This document shows, piece after piece, positions 22,003 through 32,255 of a DNA stretch of 64,000 nucleotides. The DNA comes from Clostridiaceae bacterium (GTDB lineage: Bacteria > Bacillota > Clostridia > Saccharofermentanales > DTU023): assembly GCA_012518795.1 (NCBI GenBank), contig JAAYRL010000054.1, positions 16,915 through 80,914 of the forward strand, given 5' to 3'. Below the pieces are notes generated by a model, which saw only the letters and a list, made by a program, of their open reading frames with translations, searched no databases and had not been told where the DNA came from. How positions within the stretch are numbered: position 1 is the first letter of the stretch; every line of letters starts with the position of its first letter. The translations under genes were made by a program, and so were the position numbers.

Positions 22003-22557
22003 CTATTTCACGGCATTGGAAATCGCTTTGAATTGTGGGGCTTTGGAATCTTTTAATAAATCAAAAGCAATAGTTTCGCTATTTGATATAACTGCTCCCA
22101 TATCTGACATCAGGTCCAAAGCATTATTCTTATTTTCAATATCCCGTGAGCCTACGGCATCTGCTGCTAAATAAACATTATAGCCCAGTCTCAGAAGATC
22201 TCGTGTCGTTTGAAAAATACAAACATGTGTCTCTATACCTGCAATAATTAAAGTCTTAAGATCATCTGCTTTAATTTTTTCAATTATTTCCGGTAAACAA
22301 GCAGTAAAGCTTGTTTTTTCCCAAAAGTTTGCTTCAAGTTTTTCCAATTCCGGCTTATGTTCCGGAATTGTTGGCCCCAATCCTTTTGGATATTGTTCTG
22401 TAACATAAATCGGCAAGTCAAATAATTCCGCTGTTGTTATCAACGTATTTGTCGGTTGGACTAAAGTTTCATGTCGATAAATTGCAGGAAATAATTTAGT
22501 TTGAATATCAATTAAAAATAATCCGGTTGATTTTTGATCAAGATAATATTTTTCCAT
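22003..22557 (-). CDS. Isochorismatase-family hydrolase (YcaC-like)
   Basis: IDIQ, TEQYPKGLGPT, GIETHVCIFQT. Confidence 0.92.
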   Translation of the reverse strand: MEKYYLDQKSTGLFLIDIQTKLFPAIYRHETLVQPTNTLITTAELFDLPIYVTEQYPKGLGPTIPEHKPELEKLEANFWEKTSFTACLPEIIEKIKADDLKTLIIAGIETHVCIFQTTRDLLRLGYNVYLAADAVGSRDIENKNNALDLMSDMGAVISNSETIAFDLLKDSKAPQFKAISNAVK

Positions 22558-22574
22558 AGTAATTCAACTCCGGT

Positions 22575-23636
22575 TTAATAACCCTCGATTCGGTCTATAT
22601 AGTCTGATAATTGCTCAGAAAGAGGTTGACTGAATTTCCATTGTGAACCTTCTTTTCTCATAGCTATTAACCACTCATCTGATAATTCTTCTTCGAAACT
22701 TTCTCCTGCCATATCCATAAGATACTGTAATTCCTGAGGCATCTTATCAAATGATACTCTAGCCGCTAAAGCCACTACACATTGATCTTTCGGAAGTCCT
22801 TCATTATAAACTTGCCGAATATCAAATTCAATTTTTACATATTCAAAAATATCAAATCCCGGCATCATCATGTCTGAAGCATTCATATCCATAGCATCTA
22901 AAATCGGTTCGTCAAACCCTTGTAAAGTGGCAGTATCAAAACATTCACGTGCTAGTGCTTCGTTTTGGGTCATAACTGCTTTTTCCAATTTTTTTGCAGT
23001 TTTTTGCGGTGAACTGCCGGGAAAAACAAAGAGAAATAAAACTACAGCTACTATTGCAACAACAACTACGGCACTTACAATACCAATTGCTTTTTTCTTC
23101 GATTTTTTCTTAACTTGAGTGCCTCCCCATGCTGCAGTCCCATTTACATTCATCGGCTGTTGCATCGGATATTGACTTGCATATTGCTGATTAGCATAAT
23201 TTGCAGAAGCCTGAGTACCATAAGCTTGTTGATACGGTTGCGACCCACTATAAGGTTGAGGTTGAGGTTGAGCTTGAGCTTGACTATAGGCTTGGGGTTG
23301 AGTACCAGGTGCACCATATCCCTGATTGTATGGTTGAGGTTGAGGTTGAGGTTGAGGTTGAGGTTGTGGTTGTGGTTGTGGTTGAGCTTGAGGTTGTGGT
23401 TGAGCTTGGGGTTGTACTTGATGTTGAGCTTGAGTGCCAGGTGTGCCATATCCCTGATGATATTGTTGGGATTGGGTTTGAGTATAAGTTTGACTTTGAC
23501 TTTGGCTCTGGCTCTGGTTCATGTTTTGATTTACATCTTGTTGAACAGGTTGTCCACAATATTTACAAAACTTTTTAGTACTATCAATTAAATTATTACA
23601 TCTGCTACATCTAACAGTATTGTCCATATTATTCAT
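22575..23636 (-). CDS. Zinc-ribbon, Gln/Pro-rich single-pass membrane protein
   Basis: CSRC...FCKYCG at N-terminus, (QP)n linker, KKKSKKK plus TM helix, C-terminal soluble domain. Confidence 0.8.
   Translation of the reverse strand: MNNMDNTVRCSRCNNLIDSTKKFCKYCGQPVQQDVNQNMNQSQSQSQSQTYTQTQSQQYHQGYGTPGTQAQHQVQPQAQPQPQAQPQPQPQPQPQPQPQPQPYNQGYGAPGTQPQAYSQAQAQPQPQPYSGSQPYQQAYGTQASANYANQQYASQYPMQQPMNVNGTAAWGGTQVKKKSKKKAIGIVSAVVVVAIVAVVLFLFVFPGSSPQKTAKKLEKAVMTQNEALARECFDTATLQGFDEPILDAMDMNASDMMMPGFDIFEYVKIEFDIRQVYNEGLPKDQCVVALAARVSFDKMPQELQYLMDMAGESFEEELSDEWLIAMRKEGSQWKFSQPLSEQLSDYIDRIEGY
23332..23414. repeat. Hexamer coding repeat (QP)n
   Basis: (GGTTGA/GGTTGT)n run on the + strand. Confidence 0.85.
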
Positions 23637-23816
23637 ACTATTCTCCTTTAAAAATCAATGCTCCAATCATTAATTTTAGAGCAATGTTGGATTTCAAGAT
23701 TCTTAGAAATATTTAAAATCCTATCTAATAAGTATCCAGCATTTGCTAACAAATTTTCAAAATCCTATAAGCAAATCGTTATAAATTAAATTAAACCGAT
23801 ATAGTTTATTGTAGTC

Positions 23817-23882
23817 AATATTAATTAATTTAGTCAATACAAATTAGACCAGATATTTGCTTTATAGTATTCAAAAAGTAGA
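23817..23882. repeat. 66-bp target-site duplication, left copy
   Basis: Identical to 25879-25944. Confidence 0.92.
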
Positions 23883-25878
23883 CGGGAGTTTAACACTTGC
23901 CGGTTAAAACAGAAAACATTGAATTAAGAAAGTCCACAGTGGTGGGCTTTTTTGTTGTTTGTTTTAACTTGTAATATAAATGTAATATCGTAATGTTTCG
24001 TATTGTTACGCTTTATGAGATAATATAGACACAGGAGGAGCTTGGCTATGAGACTCAATAAAGTAATTTCTAAAAATACGATCAACTATTACGTTATCAA
24101 AGATGTGGTGAAAGATGGGAAACGGACTACCACTACGGTTGAAGCTCTCGGAAACATAGAGCAGATTCGAGCCAAAAGCGATGGCGAAGATCCGGAAGTT
24201 TGGGCCAAAAACTATGTTAAGAAATTAAATCGAGAATTAAAGCAAGGTAAGGTTACCGTTGTTTCTAATTTAGATAAAAATGTTTTAATAGAAAAAGAAC
24301 AACAACGCTCTTTTAACGCAGGTCATCTGTTTGTGAATCATCTATTTAAGCAGTTAGGTTTGGATGACATTTGTGCTGAGATTAGTAAAGGGCATAAACA
24401 AAAATATAATGTTGCGGAAATTCTTTCTACTTTAATTTCCACCAGATTCCTTTATCCTTCCTCAAAAAAATCGTCTCTGGAATATGCTAAGCATTATTTT
24501 GAGCCCCCAAAATCAACCTTATCTCAAATATACAGCTGTTTGAAACTATTAGCCAAACATAGCGATTTCATTCAAGAAGCAGTTTATAAGAACAGCAAAG
24601 ATGTTACTTCTAGAAACAATCGTATTCTGTATTATGATTGCACTAACTACTACTTTGAAATCGAACAAGAAGCCGGTTTTAAGCGCTATGGTGTCAGTAA
24701 AGAGAAAAGACCCAATCCGCTTGTTAATATGGGTTTGTTCATGGATGGCAATGGTTTACCTTTAGCTTTTCACCTTTATGACGGTAATAAGAATGAACAA
24801 ACTTCACTAAAACCTTTAGAACAAAAGGTTATCCAAGATTTCGGGATGTCAAAAATAGTAGTATGTACGGATGCGGGTTTATCTTCTACAGCCAATCGCA
24901 GATTTAACAGTAAACTGGGTCGTTCGTTCATCACCACACAATCCCTTAAGAAATTAAAGAAACATCTAAAAGAATGGGCCTTAGATCCGGAAGGGTGGAA
25001 AATTTCAGGTTCTGAAAAAACATACGATTTAAGGAATATTGATTTTCATTGTGCTAAGGAAAGAGATCGTATTTATTACAAGAGTTGCTGGATTAATGAA
25101 GATAATTTAGAACAACAATTTATTGTCAGTTTTTCTCCAAAATACAAAATCTATCAAGAAACTCTTCGAGAAAGGCAAATAGAGCGAGCAAAAAAGAATC
25201 TTCAAAAGCCATCAGACTTAAACAGAAAAAGACAAAATGATCCGAAACGTTTTATCAAGAGGTTAGATTATACAGACGAGGGTGAAGTTGCAGAGAATCA
25301 ACTCTTTTATATCGACGAAAATGCAATTGCAGAAGAGGCCATCTATGATGGATTCTACGCTGTTTGTACGAATCTTGATGACAATCCTTTAGATATCATA
25401 GCGGTCAACAAGAATCGTTGGGAAATAGAGACTGCCTTCAGAGATTTGAAGACTGAGTTTAGAGCTAGACCGGTATACTTACAAAGAGAAGACTGTATTG
25501 AGGCTCATTTTTTGATTTGCTTTTTGGCACTACTTATTTACAGAATCATGTATCAAAAGATTTCAAGGAGAATTTCTCCGTCGGAAATAAGTGGCGGACA
25601 GCTATTGGATACTTTAAAAGCAATTCAATTTTTTTCTAAAGATGGTGATATTTTCGAACCTAATTATACTAGAACGGACATAACTGATGCTCTCCATGAA
25701 GAATTTGGTTTCAGAACCGATACACAATACATTGACACTAGAGCATTGAGAAAATTAACTAAAATGTAACGATTAACCAAAACACATTACGCATAATATT
25801 TTAAATCTGAAAACTCCAAAACGCCTCAACTGTAAGGATTTGGAGTTTTTTTACTCTCTCACAAGTGTTAAAGATGGG
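23883..25878 (+). mobile_element. IS1634-family insertion sequence (1996 bp)
   Basis: Imperfect terminal IRs sharing TTTAACACTTG (left CGGGAGTTTAACACTTG, right CAAGTGTTAAAGATGGG); DDE transposase; long flanking direct repeats. Confidence 0.92.
24042..25769 (+). CDS. IS1634-family DDE transposase
   Basis: YYDCTNYYFE, YGVSKEKRP, VCTDAGL, DGFYAVCTN, RWEIETAFRDLK, RPVYLQ...IEAHFLICF. Confidence 0.94.
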   Translation: MAMRLNKVISKNTINYYVIKDVVKDGKRTTTTVEALGNIEQIRAKSDGEDPEVWAKNYVKKLNRELKQGKVTVVSNLDKNVLIEKEQQRSFNAGHLFVNHLFKQLGLDDICAEISKGHKQKYNVAEILSTLISTRFLYPSSKKSSLEYAKHYFEPPKSTLSQIYSCLKLLAKHSDFIQEAVYKNSKDVTSRNNRILYYDCTNYYFEIEQEAGFKRYGVSKEKRPNPLVNMGLFMDGNGLPLAFHLYDGNKNEQTSLKPLEQKVIQDFGMSKIVVCTDAGLSSTANRRFNSKLGRSFITTQSLKKLKKHLKEWALDPEGWKISGSEKTYDLRNIDFHCAKERDRIYYKSCWINEDNLEQQFIVSFSPKYKIYQETLRERQIERAKKNLQKPSDLNRKRQNDPKRFIKRLDYTDEGEVAENQLFYIDENAIAEEAIYDGFYAVCTNLDDNPLDIIAVNKNRWEIETAFRDLKTEFRARPVYLQREDCIEAHFLICFLALLIYRIMYQKISRRISPSEISGGQLLDTLKAIQFFSKDGDIFEPNYTRTDITDALHEEFGFRTDTQYIDTRALRKLTKM

Positions 25879-25944
25879 AATATTAATTAATTTAGTCAAT
25901 ACAAATTAGACCAGATATTTGCTTTATAGTATTCAAAAAGTAGA
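25879..25944. repeat. 66-bp target-site duplication, right copy
   Basis: AATATTAATTAATTTAGTCAATAC...TTCAAAAAGTAGA. Confidence 0.92.
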
Positions 25945-26030
25945 TTGCACTATCGTGAAATAGCTTCGATAATTTGGTTGGAGTTTTACTTTTATACGTT
26001 AAACTGAAAAAGCTTGAGGAGACATATTAC

Positions 26031-26969
26031 TTAATTTGTAATAACAGTAGCTGAACCTCCATGAATGAAGGCATCTATGTTTTCCAAGGAAGTAATATAA
26101 GCTTTGCCATTCTTAGAACTTTCCAGAAAAGAAATTGATGCTTCGATTTTCGGCAACATACTGCCGGCAGCAAATTGATTTTCCGCAATGTATTGCTTCA
26201 TCTGATCAACTGTTACCGTTTCCAGTTTTTTCTGGTCAGGTTTATTGAAATTGATATAAGCATTATCTACACCTGTCAAAATTAATAGATAATCAGCTTT
26301 TACAAGCTCGGCAAGTTTAGCAGCTGCAAAATCCTTGTCTATAACCGCTTCTCTTCCTTCATAATACTGATCACGTTGCACGACCGGAATACCGCCACCG
26401 CCTGCGGAAATCGTAATTATTCCATTTGCGACTAATGTATTAATCGTTTTAGCTTCGACAATTGATATTGGTTTTGGCGAAGGAACAACCTTACGGTATC
26501 CCCGCCCGGCATCTTCCATATATATATCACCGGTTTCTGCTGCTCGTTGTTCAGATTCTTCTTTTGAAAAAAATGGTCCTATCGGTTTAGTTGGATTTTG
26601 AAAAGCAGGATCATCTTCAGAAATCACCACTTGTGTCAATATAGTAACTATTGACCTGTCAATTCCCGCCTCACGCACGGCTCTATCTAACGAGTTTTGA
26701 AGCCAAAAACCAATACTGCCTTGAGTCATGGCAACAGCTGTATCTATAGGCATTGCCGGATTTTTATCGGAATTAGCTGCTTCTTGTTGCAGCATCAAAT
26801 TTCCCACTTGGGGACCATTACCATGGGTAATGATCAGATCGTAACCGGCTTTAATTAATTTAATCAAATGTTTACTAGTTTTGCGTAATGCTTTAATCTG
26901 ACCTTCTGCACTCGGGTCGTCAGTTAGAATTGCATTTCCACCTAAGGCGACAACAACTTTTTTATTCAT
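26031..26969 (-). CDS. arcC: Carbamate kinase
   Basis: [45 protein letters not shown]. Confidence 0.97.
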   Translation of the reverse strand: MNKKVVVALGGNAILTDDPSAEGQIKALRKTSKHLIKLIKAGYDLIITHGNGPQVGNLMLQQEAANSDKNPAMPIDTAVAMTQGSIGFWLQNSLDRAVREAGIDRSIVTILTQVVISEDDPAFQNPTKPIGPFFSKEESEQRAAETGDIYMEDAGRGYRKVVPSPKPISIVEAKTINTLVANGIITISAGGGGIPVVQRDQYYEGREAVIDKDFAAAKLAELVKADYLLILTGVDNAYINFNKPDQKKLETVTVDQMKQYIAENQFAAGSMLPKIEASISFLESSKNGKAYITSLENIDAFIHGGSATVITN

Positions 26970-27074
26970 AATTTCCTCTCTAATGAATTAAAATGCAAGT
27001 ATACATTTTATTTCATCTTTCAACTTATTACATTAATTCTTTCATATGGTTTACTGTTATCATTGTAGTAATCA

Positions 27075-27137
27075 ATTGAAATCCATCTCTATTGAAATCC
27101 ATCGCTATTGAAATCCATCGCTATTGAAATCCATCTC
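27075..27137. repeat. 16-bp tandem repeat x4 just upstream of the tRNA promoter
   Basis: ATTGAAATCCATC(G/T)CT. Confidence 0.9.
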
Positions 27138-27147
27138 GCGTAAAAGC

Positions 27148-27176
27148 TTGACATCTCATTTTTTGATTAGTATAAT
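27148..27176 (+). promoter_or_regulatory. Consensus sigma-A promoter for the tRNA pair
   Basis: TTGACA-N17-TATAAT. Confidence 0.9.
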
Positions 27177-27199
27177 CACTTACGTTGCATAAATTGCAT

Positions 27200-27276
27200 G
27201 GGCCATTAGCTCAGTTGGTTAGAGCCACCGGCTCATAACCGGTTTGTCCGGGGTTCAAGTCCCTGATGGCCCACCA
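27200..27276 (+). tRNA. tRNA with CAT anticodon, most likely tRNA-Ile2 (lysidine)
   Basis: GGGCCATTAGCTCAGTTGGTTAGAGC-ACCGG-CTCATAA-CCGGT...CCCACCA; paired 1:72 and no GGG/CCC anticodon stem, so not fMet. Confidence 0.9.
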
Positions 27277-27310
27277 AATTATGCAATCTTGACAATCAAA
27301 CAATATATTC

Positions 27311-27396
27311 GGGAGAATACCCAAGTGGCCAAAGGGGGCAGACTGTAAATCTGTTGTCGTTCGACTTCGTTGGTTCAAATCCAGCTTCTCCCACCA
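27311..27396 (+). tRNA. tRNA-Tyr(GTA)
   Basis: GCAGA-CTGTAAA-TCTGT, long variable arm, CCA end. Confidence 0.97.
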
Positions 27397-27401
27397 ACTT
27401 T

Positions 27402-27436
27402 GAAGCTTACGAACATTTTGTTTGTAAGCTTCTTTT
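27402..27436 (+). terminator. Intrinsic terminator after the tRNAs
   Basis: GAAGCTTAC...GTAAGCTTC followed by TTTT. Confidence 0.8.
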
Positions 27437-27703
27437 GCGTCTTTTATAATATTTTTATCTTTATCTATGTTTTTTATCTCAATCTACATTAATTTTATCT
27501 CAATCTACATTAATTTTATCGCTATATCTATATATATTAAGTTTGAACCTAATTGATTTCGTCAACATATTGCTTGGTGCGGATTTAGTATATATATATA
27601 TATTAAGTTTAAGCCTAATTGATTCAGCTCAAGGTTCAATTTCAGAAATAGAGTCAACTATCCTCCTAGTTCCTAAGGTTCATTGTTATTATGAATTATC
27701 AGC

Positions 27704-30010
27704 TCAAGGTTCAATTTCAGAAACAGAGTCAACTTCCGTTGTATCCTCAGAATCAACTATAGGCGGACTTTGCGGAATAGGTTCAGGAGATTCTATTCCG
27801 AAATATTGATCTAAAACTTTTCTTGCAACTGTAGATAAACCGTCACCAAGCGTTGCATCTTCAACAATTCCGGCAAAAACAACTTCCGGATCATCTAATG
27901 GTGCAAAGCAAACGAACAAGGCATCAATTGAAATATTTTGGCTTGCACTGTCCTGAACTTCCGCTGTCCCCGTTTTCATACCTAACTCGAACGGATAATT
28001 ATGAAAATTCATATGTGTCTCAGTATATTCAATATCGTGTTGCAAACCATTCATCGCATTTTTTACTAAATCAATTGAAGTTTGAGAAAAACCTAAATCC
28101 TCAACTTGGATCACCTCCGGTTTGATTATCTCACCATTCGATCCGGTAATTTCTTTAATCACATGAGGTTGAACTAATTTTCCTGTAGCGATGCCCCCAA
28201 CTCCCCTTGCCAATTGGATCATTGTATAGGCATTATCAAATTGACCGATTGAAGATTGCGCCGTATCTGCCGGAAACCATAATTGATCCTCCGGCAAAGC
28301 ACGTGTCATGCGTTTAACTTCTTTACTCGGTCGGATTCCTTTAGCTTCACCCGGTAAATCAATCTCGGAATATTCACCCATGCCTAATTTTTTGAAAATC
28401 GCAGAGAGCTTATCTATAGTCGTATCAATACCCAATTTAGCAAAATACAAATTACAAGATGTTGACATTGCCTGACGTAAATTCAAATCACCGTGTCCCC
28501 TATCGGGTTCACCGTAACAAGTCCAAATCCTATGTCCGATTTCTTCTTTCCCGGCACAATTATAAACTTGATTTGTTTCAGAAATAACTCCGTTTTCCAA
28601 AGCCGCAATTGCCGTAAACGGTTTAAAGGTTGATGCGGGGTGATAAATTTCAGAGATAGCCCGATTTAACATGGGCTTATTTTCATTGTCCTGAAAATAC
28701 TCTTGAACCCGTTCCGCTGCTTCAGCATCATATTGAGCCAATACAAAATCCTGTGGGTTAAACGATGGTATCGAGCTCATTGCGATTACTGCACCGGTTT
28801 TTACATTCATCAAAACTCCACTTGCTGCCTTTGCCGGAACTGACTCCTCTCTATCTCTCAATTCAGCCATATGTTCAACAAATGCTTCAATCATAACTTT
28901 TTGAACATCCGGGTCTATAGTCAAACGCACATTTGCTCCGGGTTGAGGTGTTACACCACCGGTACCTTTAACAAATTCTTCACCATCCTCAGTTTTTTGC
29001 CAATAACTATACGGAACAGTTCCGGGAATTCCATGCAAATATCTTTCTGCCGATAGTTCTACCCCACTTTTGCCAACTATATCATTTAAACCATAATCCA
29101 AGTTCTTTAATTGCTGATACTCTGTTTCAGAGATTTGTCCGGTATATCCCAAGACATGGGAAAAGAGAAAACTATTTTCTGAATATTGTCTTTGTGGCTT
29201 ATCCGCAATTAGTACTCCTGCATATCTCTGATTCTGCTCTTCTATAGCTGTAATTATTTTTTGATTGACCGGACCACCTACCTCGATAGCTTGTCCTTGT
29301 GTATATTGCCAATTATGTTCCAGGATCAAATAGCGCATTTGAATAATATTAAATGCCTCTTCGACTGTATAGCGATAATCGCCGCCGGCATCCCGATCTT
29401 CTATACCGAATTTATCAAAAAGCAAATATTCATAAAAATCCTGTGGATCAGTTATGATTCGCTCGGCCGGTTTCTTCGTTTCCTCTGCTTTTTTCAGACC
29501 GAACAGATCTGTATTCTGCTGCCATTTCTCAATTTCCTGTAGATCTTTTTTAAATACGAACTCCGCATTACTTTTATCTCTTTTTTCTTTACTTGCACTG
29601 GAATAATCGAAATAATTTATCAAATTATCCGGCAATTTGACACCGTTTTCGAGCATTAACTCACTTAAATCAAGCAACATGTCATTAAGTGCAGTACCTT
29701 TCAAACCGGAATTGCATAGATACAGCATAGGTTGAGTTATTGAATATGCTATCGGTTCACCTGAACCATCTAAGATGTCACCTCGCGGAGCTTCCACTCG
29801 CATTTGGGCTCGATTACCATAAGTTTCCGGAATCCGGTTCAAGTCAGCAGAACTTAATTGCAATTCACTAGTTCGCCAAAAGATAATCAAAAACATTAAA
29901 ATAAAAAAGAGTCCAATTAAAATATTTCGATTTTTGAAAATACGATTTTCAGATCTTTTAACATTAGAGCTTGTGTTATTTTTGATAGGAATAAAATCAG
30001 AACGTGCCAC
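27704..30010 (-). CDS. mrdA: Class B penicillin-binding protein 2
   Basis: APRGDILD, STFK, SCN and KTGT motifs; follows mreD. Confidence 0.9.
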   Translation of the reverse strand: MARSDFIPIKNNTSSNVKRSENRIFKNRNILIGLFFILMFLIIFWRTSELQLSSADLNRIPETYGNRAQMRVEAPRGDILDGSGEPIAYSITQPMLYLCNSGLKGTALNDMLLDLSELMLENGVKLPDNLINYFDYSSASKEKRDKSNAEFVFKKDLQEIEKWQQNTDLFGLKKAEETKKPAERIITDPQDFYEYLLFDKFGIEDRDAGGDYRYTVEEAFNIIQMRYLILEHNWQYTQGQAIEVGGPVNQKIITAIEEQNQRYAGVLIADKPQRQYSENSFLFSHVLGYTGQISETEYQQLKNLDYGLNDIVGKSGVELSAERYLHGIPGTVPYSYWQKTEDGEEFVKGTGGVTPQPGANVRLTIDPDVQKVMIEAFVEHMAELRDREESVPAKAASGVLMNVKTGAVIAMSSIPSFNPQDFVLAQYDAEAAERVQEYFQDNENKPMLNRAISEIYHPASTFKPFTAIAALENGVISETNQVYNCAGKEEIGHRIWTCYGEPDRGHGDLNLRQAMSTSCNLYFAKLGIDTTIDKLSAIFKKLGMGEYSEIDLPGEAKGIRPSKEVKRMTRALPEDQLWFPADTAQSSIGQFDNAYTMIQLARGVGGIATGKLVQPHVIKEITGSNGEIIKPEVIQVEDLGFSQTSIDLVKNAMNGLQHDIEYTETHMNFHNYPFELGMKTGTAEVQDSASQNISIDALFVCFAPLDDPEVVFAGIVEDATLGDGLSTVARKVLDQYFGIESPEPIPQSPPIVDSEDTTEVDSVSEIEP

Positions 30011-30592
30011 TTAGAGAACCTCCTGAGTATCATCGTAAAAACTATCAAAATCTGTATCCGGTTTGGATTTTTCAAAAGGAATAACAAATCGTAAAATCAG
30101 GAACCACAATCCGGCAGCGAGCATGTTGAAAGCTATAGTCAAAGGTAAATCTCGTAAAAAATTTTGTCCAATATAGTTAAATTTCAAAGCTATTTCATAT
30201 TGCAAAACTGAAGAAATAAAATGGAATATAGACTCCAGAAATTTTGTTACAAGTAAAGCAATAAAAGCTTGGACAAATAGAAATGCAGATCGGTGTTGCC
30301 ATATAGATTGCAAAAAATTCGAGCAAATTATTGAAGTTAACATACCGATAAAAATTCCAACACCGATAATCGGACTAAACAGCCAATCATGAAAGAATCC
30401 GGCAAGCAACCCCAAAACAAGACTCCAAATTCCATTATTAATATAGGCAAATACCCAAATTAAACTAAAAAAGAAATTAGGATATACTTTTAAGCTCGGA
30501 AATGAGAATTGACCGATTTGATTAAAAATAAAACCTAATGAGCAATAAAGCAATATTTTCAAAATATTAATTATTATGTTTTTCTTAGGCAT
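30011..30592 (-). CDS. mreD: Rod shape-determining protein MreD
   Basis: Hydrophobic; GLLAGFFHD; lies between mreC and mrdA. Confidence 0.75.
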   Translation of the reverse strand: MPKKNIIINILKILLYCSLGFIFNQIGQFSFPSLKVYPNFFFSLIWVFAYINNGIWSLVLGLLAGFFHDWLFSPIIGVGIFIGMLTSIICSNFLQSIWQHRSAFLFVQAFIALLVTKFLESIFHFISSVLQYEIALKFNYIGQNFLRDLPLTIAFNMLAAGLWFLILRFVIPFEKSKPDTDFDSFYDDTQEVL

Positions 30593-30595
30593 CAA

Positions 30596-31471
30596 TTATT
30601 CTTCTCCAGCGTAAGCATCTTCGTTTATTACCGGACCTGACATGACGAAAACAACATCTGTTTCATCATATTTGAGTGCAGGTTCAACTAGCGCTTGACG
30701 ATATCCATCTTCATTAACAGGTAAAATCTCAACTACTTTGCCTATTTCCAAGCCGTACGGAAAAATTCCACCCAAACCACTGGTTATGAGCTGGTCTTCT
30801 ATATTGATCACGGTTGTTGCAGGTATTTCATCTAAAACACATAAGTTTTTACTTTTCAATTCAGGATCACCACGCAAGACAAGAGTTTCTCCACGATTAT
30901 CTTCGGCATAACAACTAACTGAAAATCCTTCATGTGTAAGCGGCAAAACTTTTGCACTGAATTCATCAGAATTATAGATTCTGCCAAACACCTGTGCATT
31001 GGCATTAACTACAGGAAATCCTTTTGTTTCAGACATATCGATACCTGCATTTTTGCCTTTATCAATGCGGAATAAATAGGTATCAAAGTTGATCGGTCTC
31101 TGAACTATTCTACCTGCCTCAATAATTGAGTAATTGTATTTTGAAGACAAATTGAAAGCTTGCTTTAACTTATCATATTCAATTGCCAATGCTTCATTTT
31201 CTTTTATTTGAAGACGAAGCTCAACATTTTGTTGTTCAAGTTCTGTAACTTGATTCGACAATTCTTTATTCAATCTTGTAGTAGAAAAATAATTCCGACC
31301 TGACTCTTTTACATTATTAATAAGGTTTTGAATAGGTTTGAAGATTGCCGATAACGGATTTGTACTTTTGTTAACAAAGCTTTCAGGTAAAATTGAATAA
31401 ACCATCATAATTGAAACTACAATAGTTACTACTAAAACAATTAATATTCTTGTACGTCGATTCTTTGACAC
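30596..31471 (-). CDS. mreC: Rod shape-determining protein MreC
   Basis: TM plus coiled coil, IDKGKNAGI, ITSGLGGIFPYGLEIGKV. Confidence 0.93.
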   Translation of the reverse strand: MSKNRRTRILIVLVVTIVVSIMMVYSILPESFVNKSTNPLSAIFKPIQNLINNVKESGRNYFSTTRLNKELSNQVTELEQQNVELRLQIKENEALAIEYDKLKQAFNLSSKYNYSIIEAGRIVQRPINFDTYLFRIDKGKNAGIDMSETKGFPVVNANAQVFGRIYNSDEFSAKVLPLTHEGFSVSCYAEDNRGETLVLRGDPELKSKNLCVLDEIPATTVINIEDQLITSGLGGIFPYGLEIGKVVEILPVNEDGYRQALVEPALKYDETDVVFVMSGPVINEDAYAGEE

Positions 31472-31505
31472 TTTAATCCACCTGATTTAAGTTAATTATC
31501 TCCAT

Positions 31506-32195
31506 CTACATATATCCTGCAGCTTTCAAACTAATTGATTCTTTTGCACCTATGATAATATGATCTAAAATATGGATATCTAACTGTTTACCCATTTCAA
31601 ATATTTTTTTGGTTGTAATAATATCTCTTTCAGAAGGCGTCGGATCTCCGCTTGGATGATTATGTGCTAAGATTATACCGGCAGCATTACTTCTGATCGC
31701 TTCACGAAAAATCTCTCTGGCATCCAATTCAATGGATTTAATATCGCCGGTTGAAACTTGGACTGTTCTAATTAATTCCTGTTTAATATTCAACAGTGCC
31801 AAATGAAATTCTTCCCTAGGTAAAAATCTTAATTGATTTTCAAAATAAAGAATTGCTTTATGGCAACTACCCAATTGTTCTCTTTCCTGATTTGCTACAT
31901 AATTATTGACTCTATTTCCCAATTCTACTGCGGCTTTAATCCGAATTGCCTTAACGCGCCCGATACCTGAAACTTTTTGTAATTCCTCCAGACTTGCCAT
32001 TTGCAGAAATCCGATATTGTCATAAGTTGCAAGCAACTCCATTGCTATTTCTACTGACGTTTTACCATTCATCCCACTTGAGATGACCGCTGCCACCAAT
32101 TCTGCATCAGATAAAGCTTTCGGTCCCAGTTGTTCCATTTTTTCGTATGGGCGATCTGCAAGCGGCCAGTCTTGGATTGTTAATTTTGTGTTCAT
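31506..32195 (-). CDS. radC: RadC-family JAB domain protein
   Basis: RPYEKM..LSDAEL, AHNHPSGDPTPSERD, LDHIII. Confidence 0.96.
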   Translation of the reverse strand: MNTKLTIQDWPLADRPYEKMEQLGPKALSDAELVAAVISSGMNGKTSVEIAMELLATYDNIGFLQMASLEELQKVSGIGRVKAIRIKAAVELGNRVNNYVANQEREQLGSCHKAILYFENQLRFLPREEFHLALLNIKQELIRTVQVSTGDIKSIELDAREIFREAIRSNAAGIILAHNHPSGDPTPSERDIITTKKIFEMGKQLDIHILDHIIIGAKESISLKAAGYM

Positions 32196-32255
32196 ACTTC
32201 AACCTTTCCTTTAAATAAAGAATTGAATTAAAGTAAATTGAACTTAATCTGATAT

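Noticed and set aside
23115-23591. Ser/Thr-rich, LR-rich and VE-rich ORFs
   Set aside because: Alternative frames of the (QP)n repeat in the real gene
27543-27809. 88-aa ORF with duplicated SAQGSISE
   Set aside because: Antisense to mrdA and generated by the 36-bp duplication
31506-32195. radC as a mobile-element marker
   Set aside because: Full-length chromosomal form in its usual position before the mre genes
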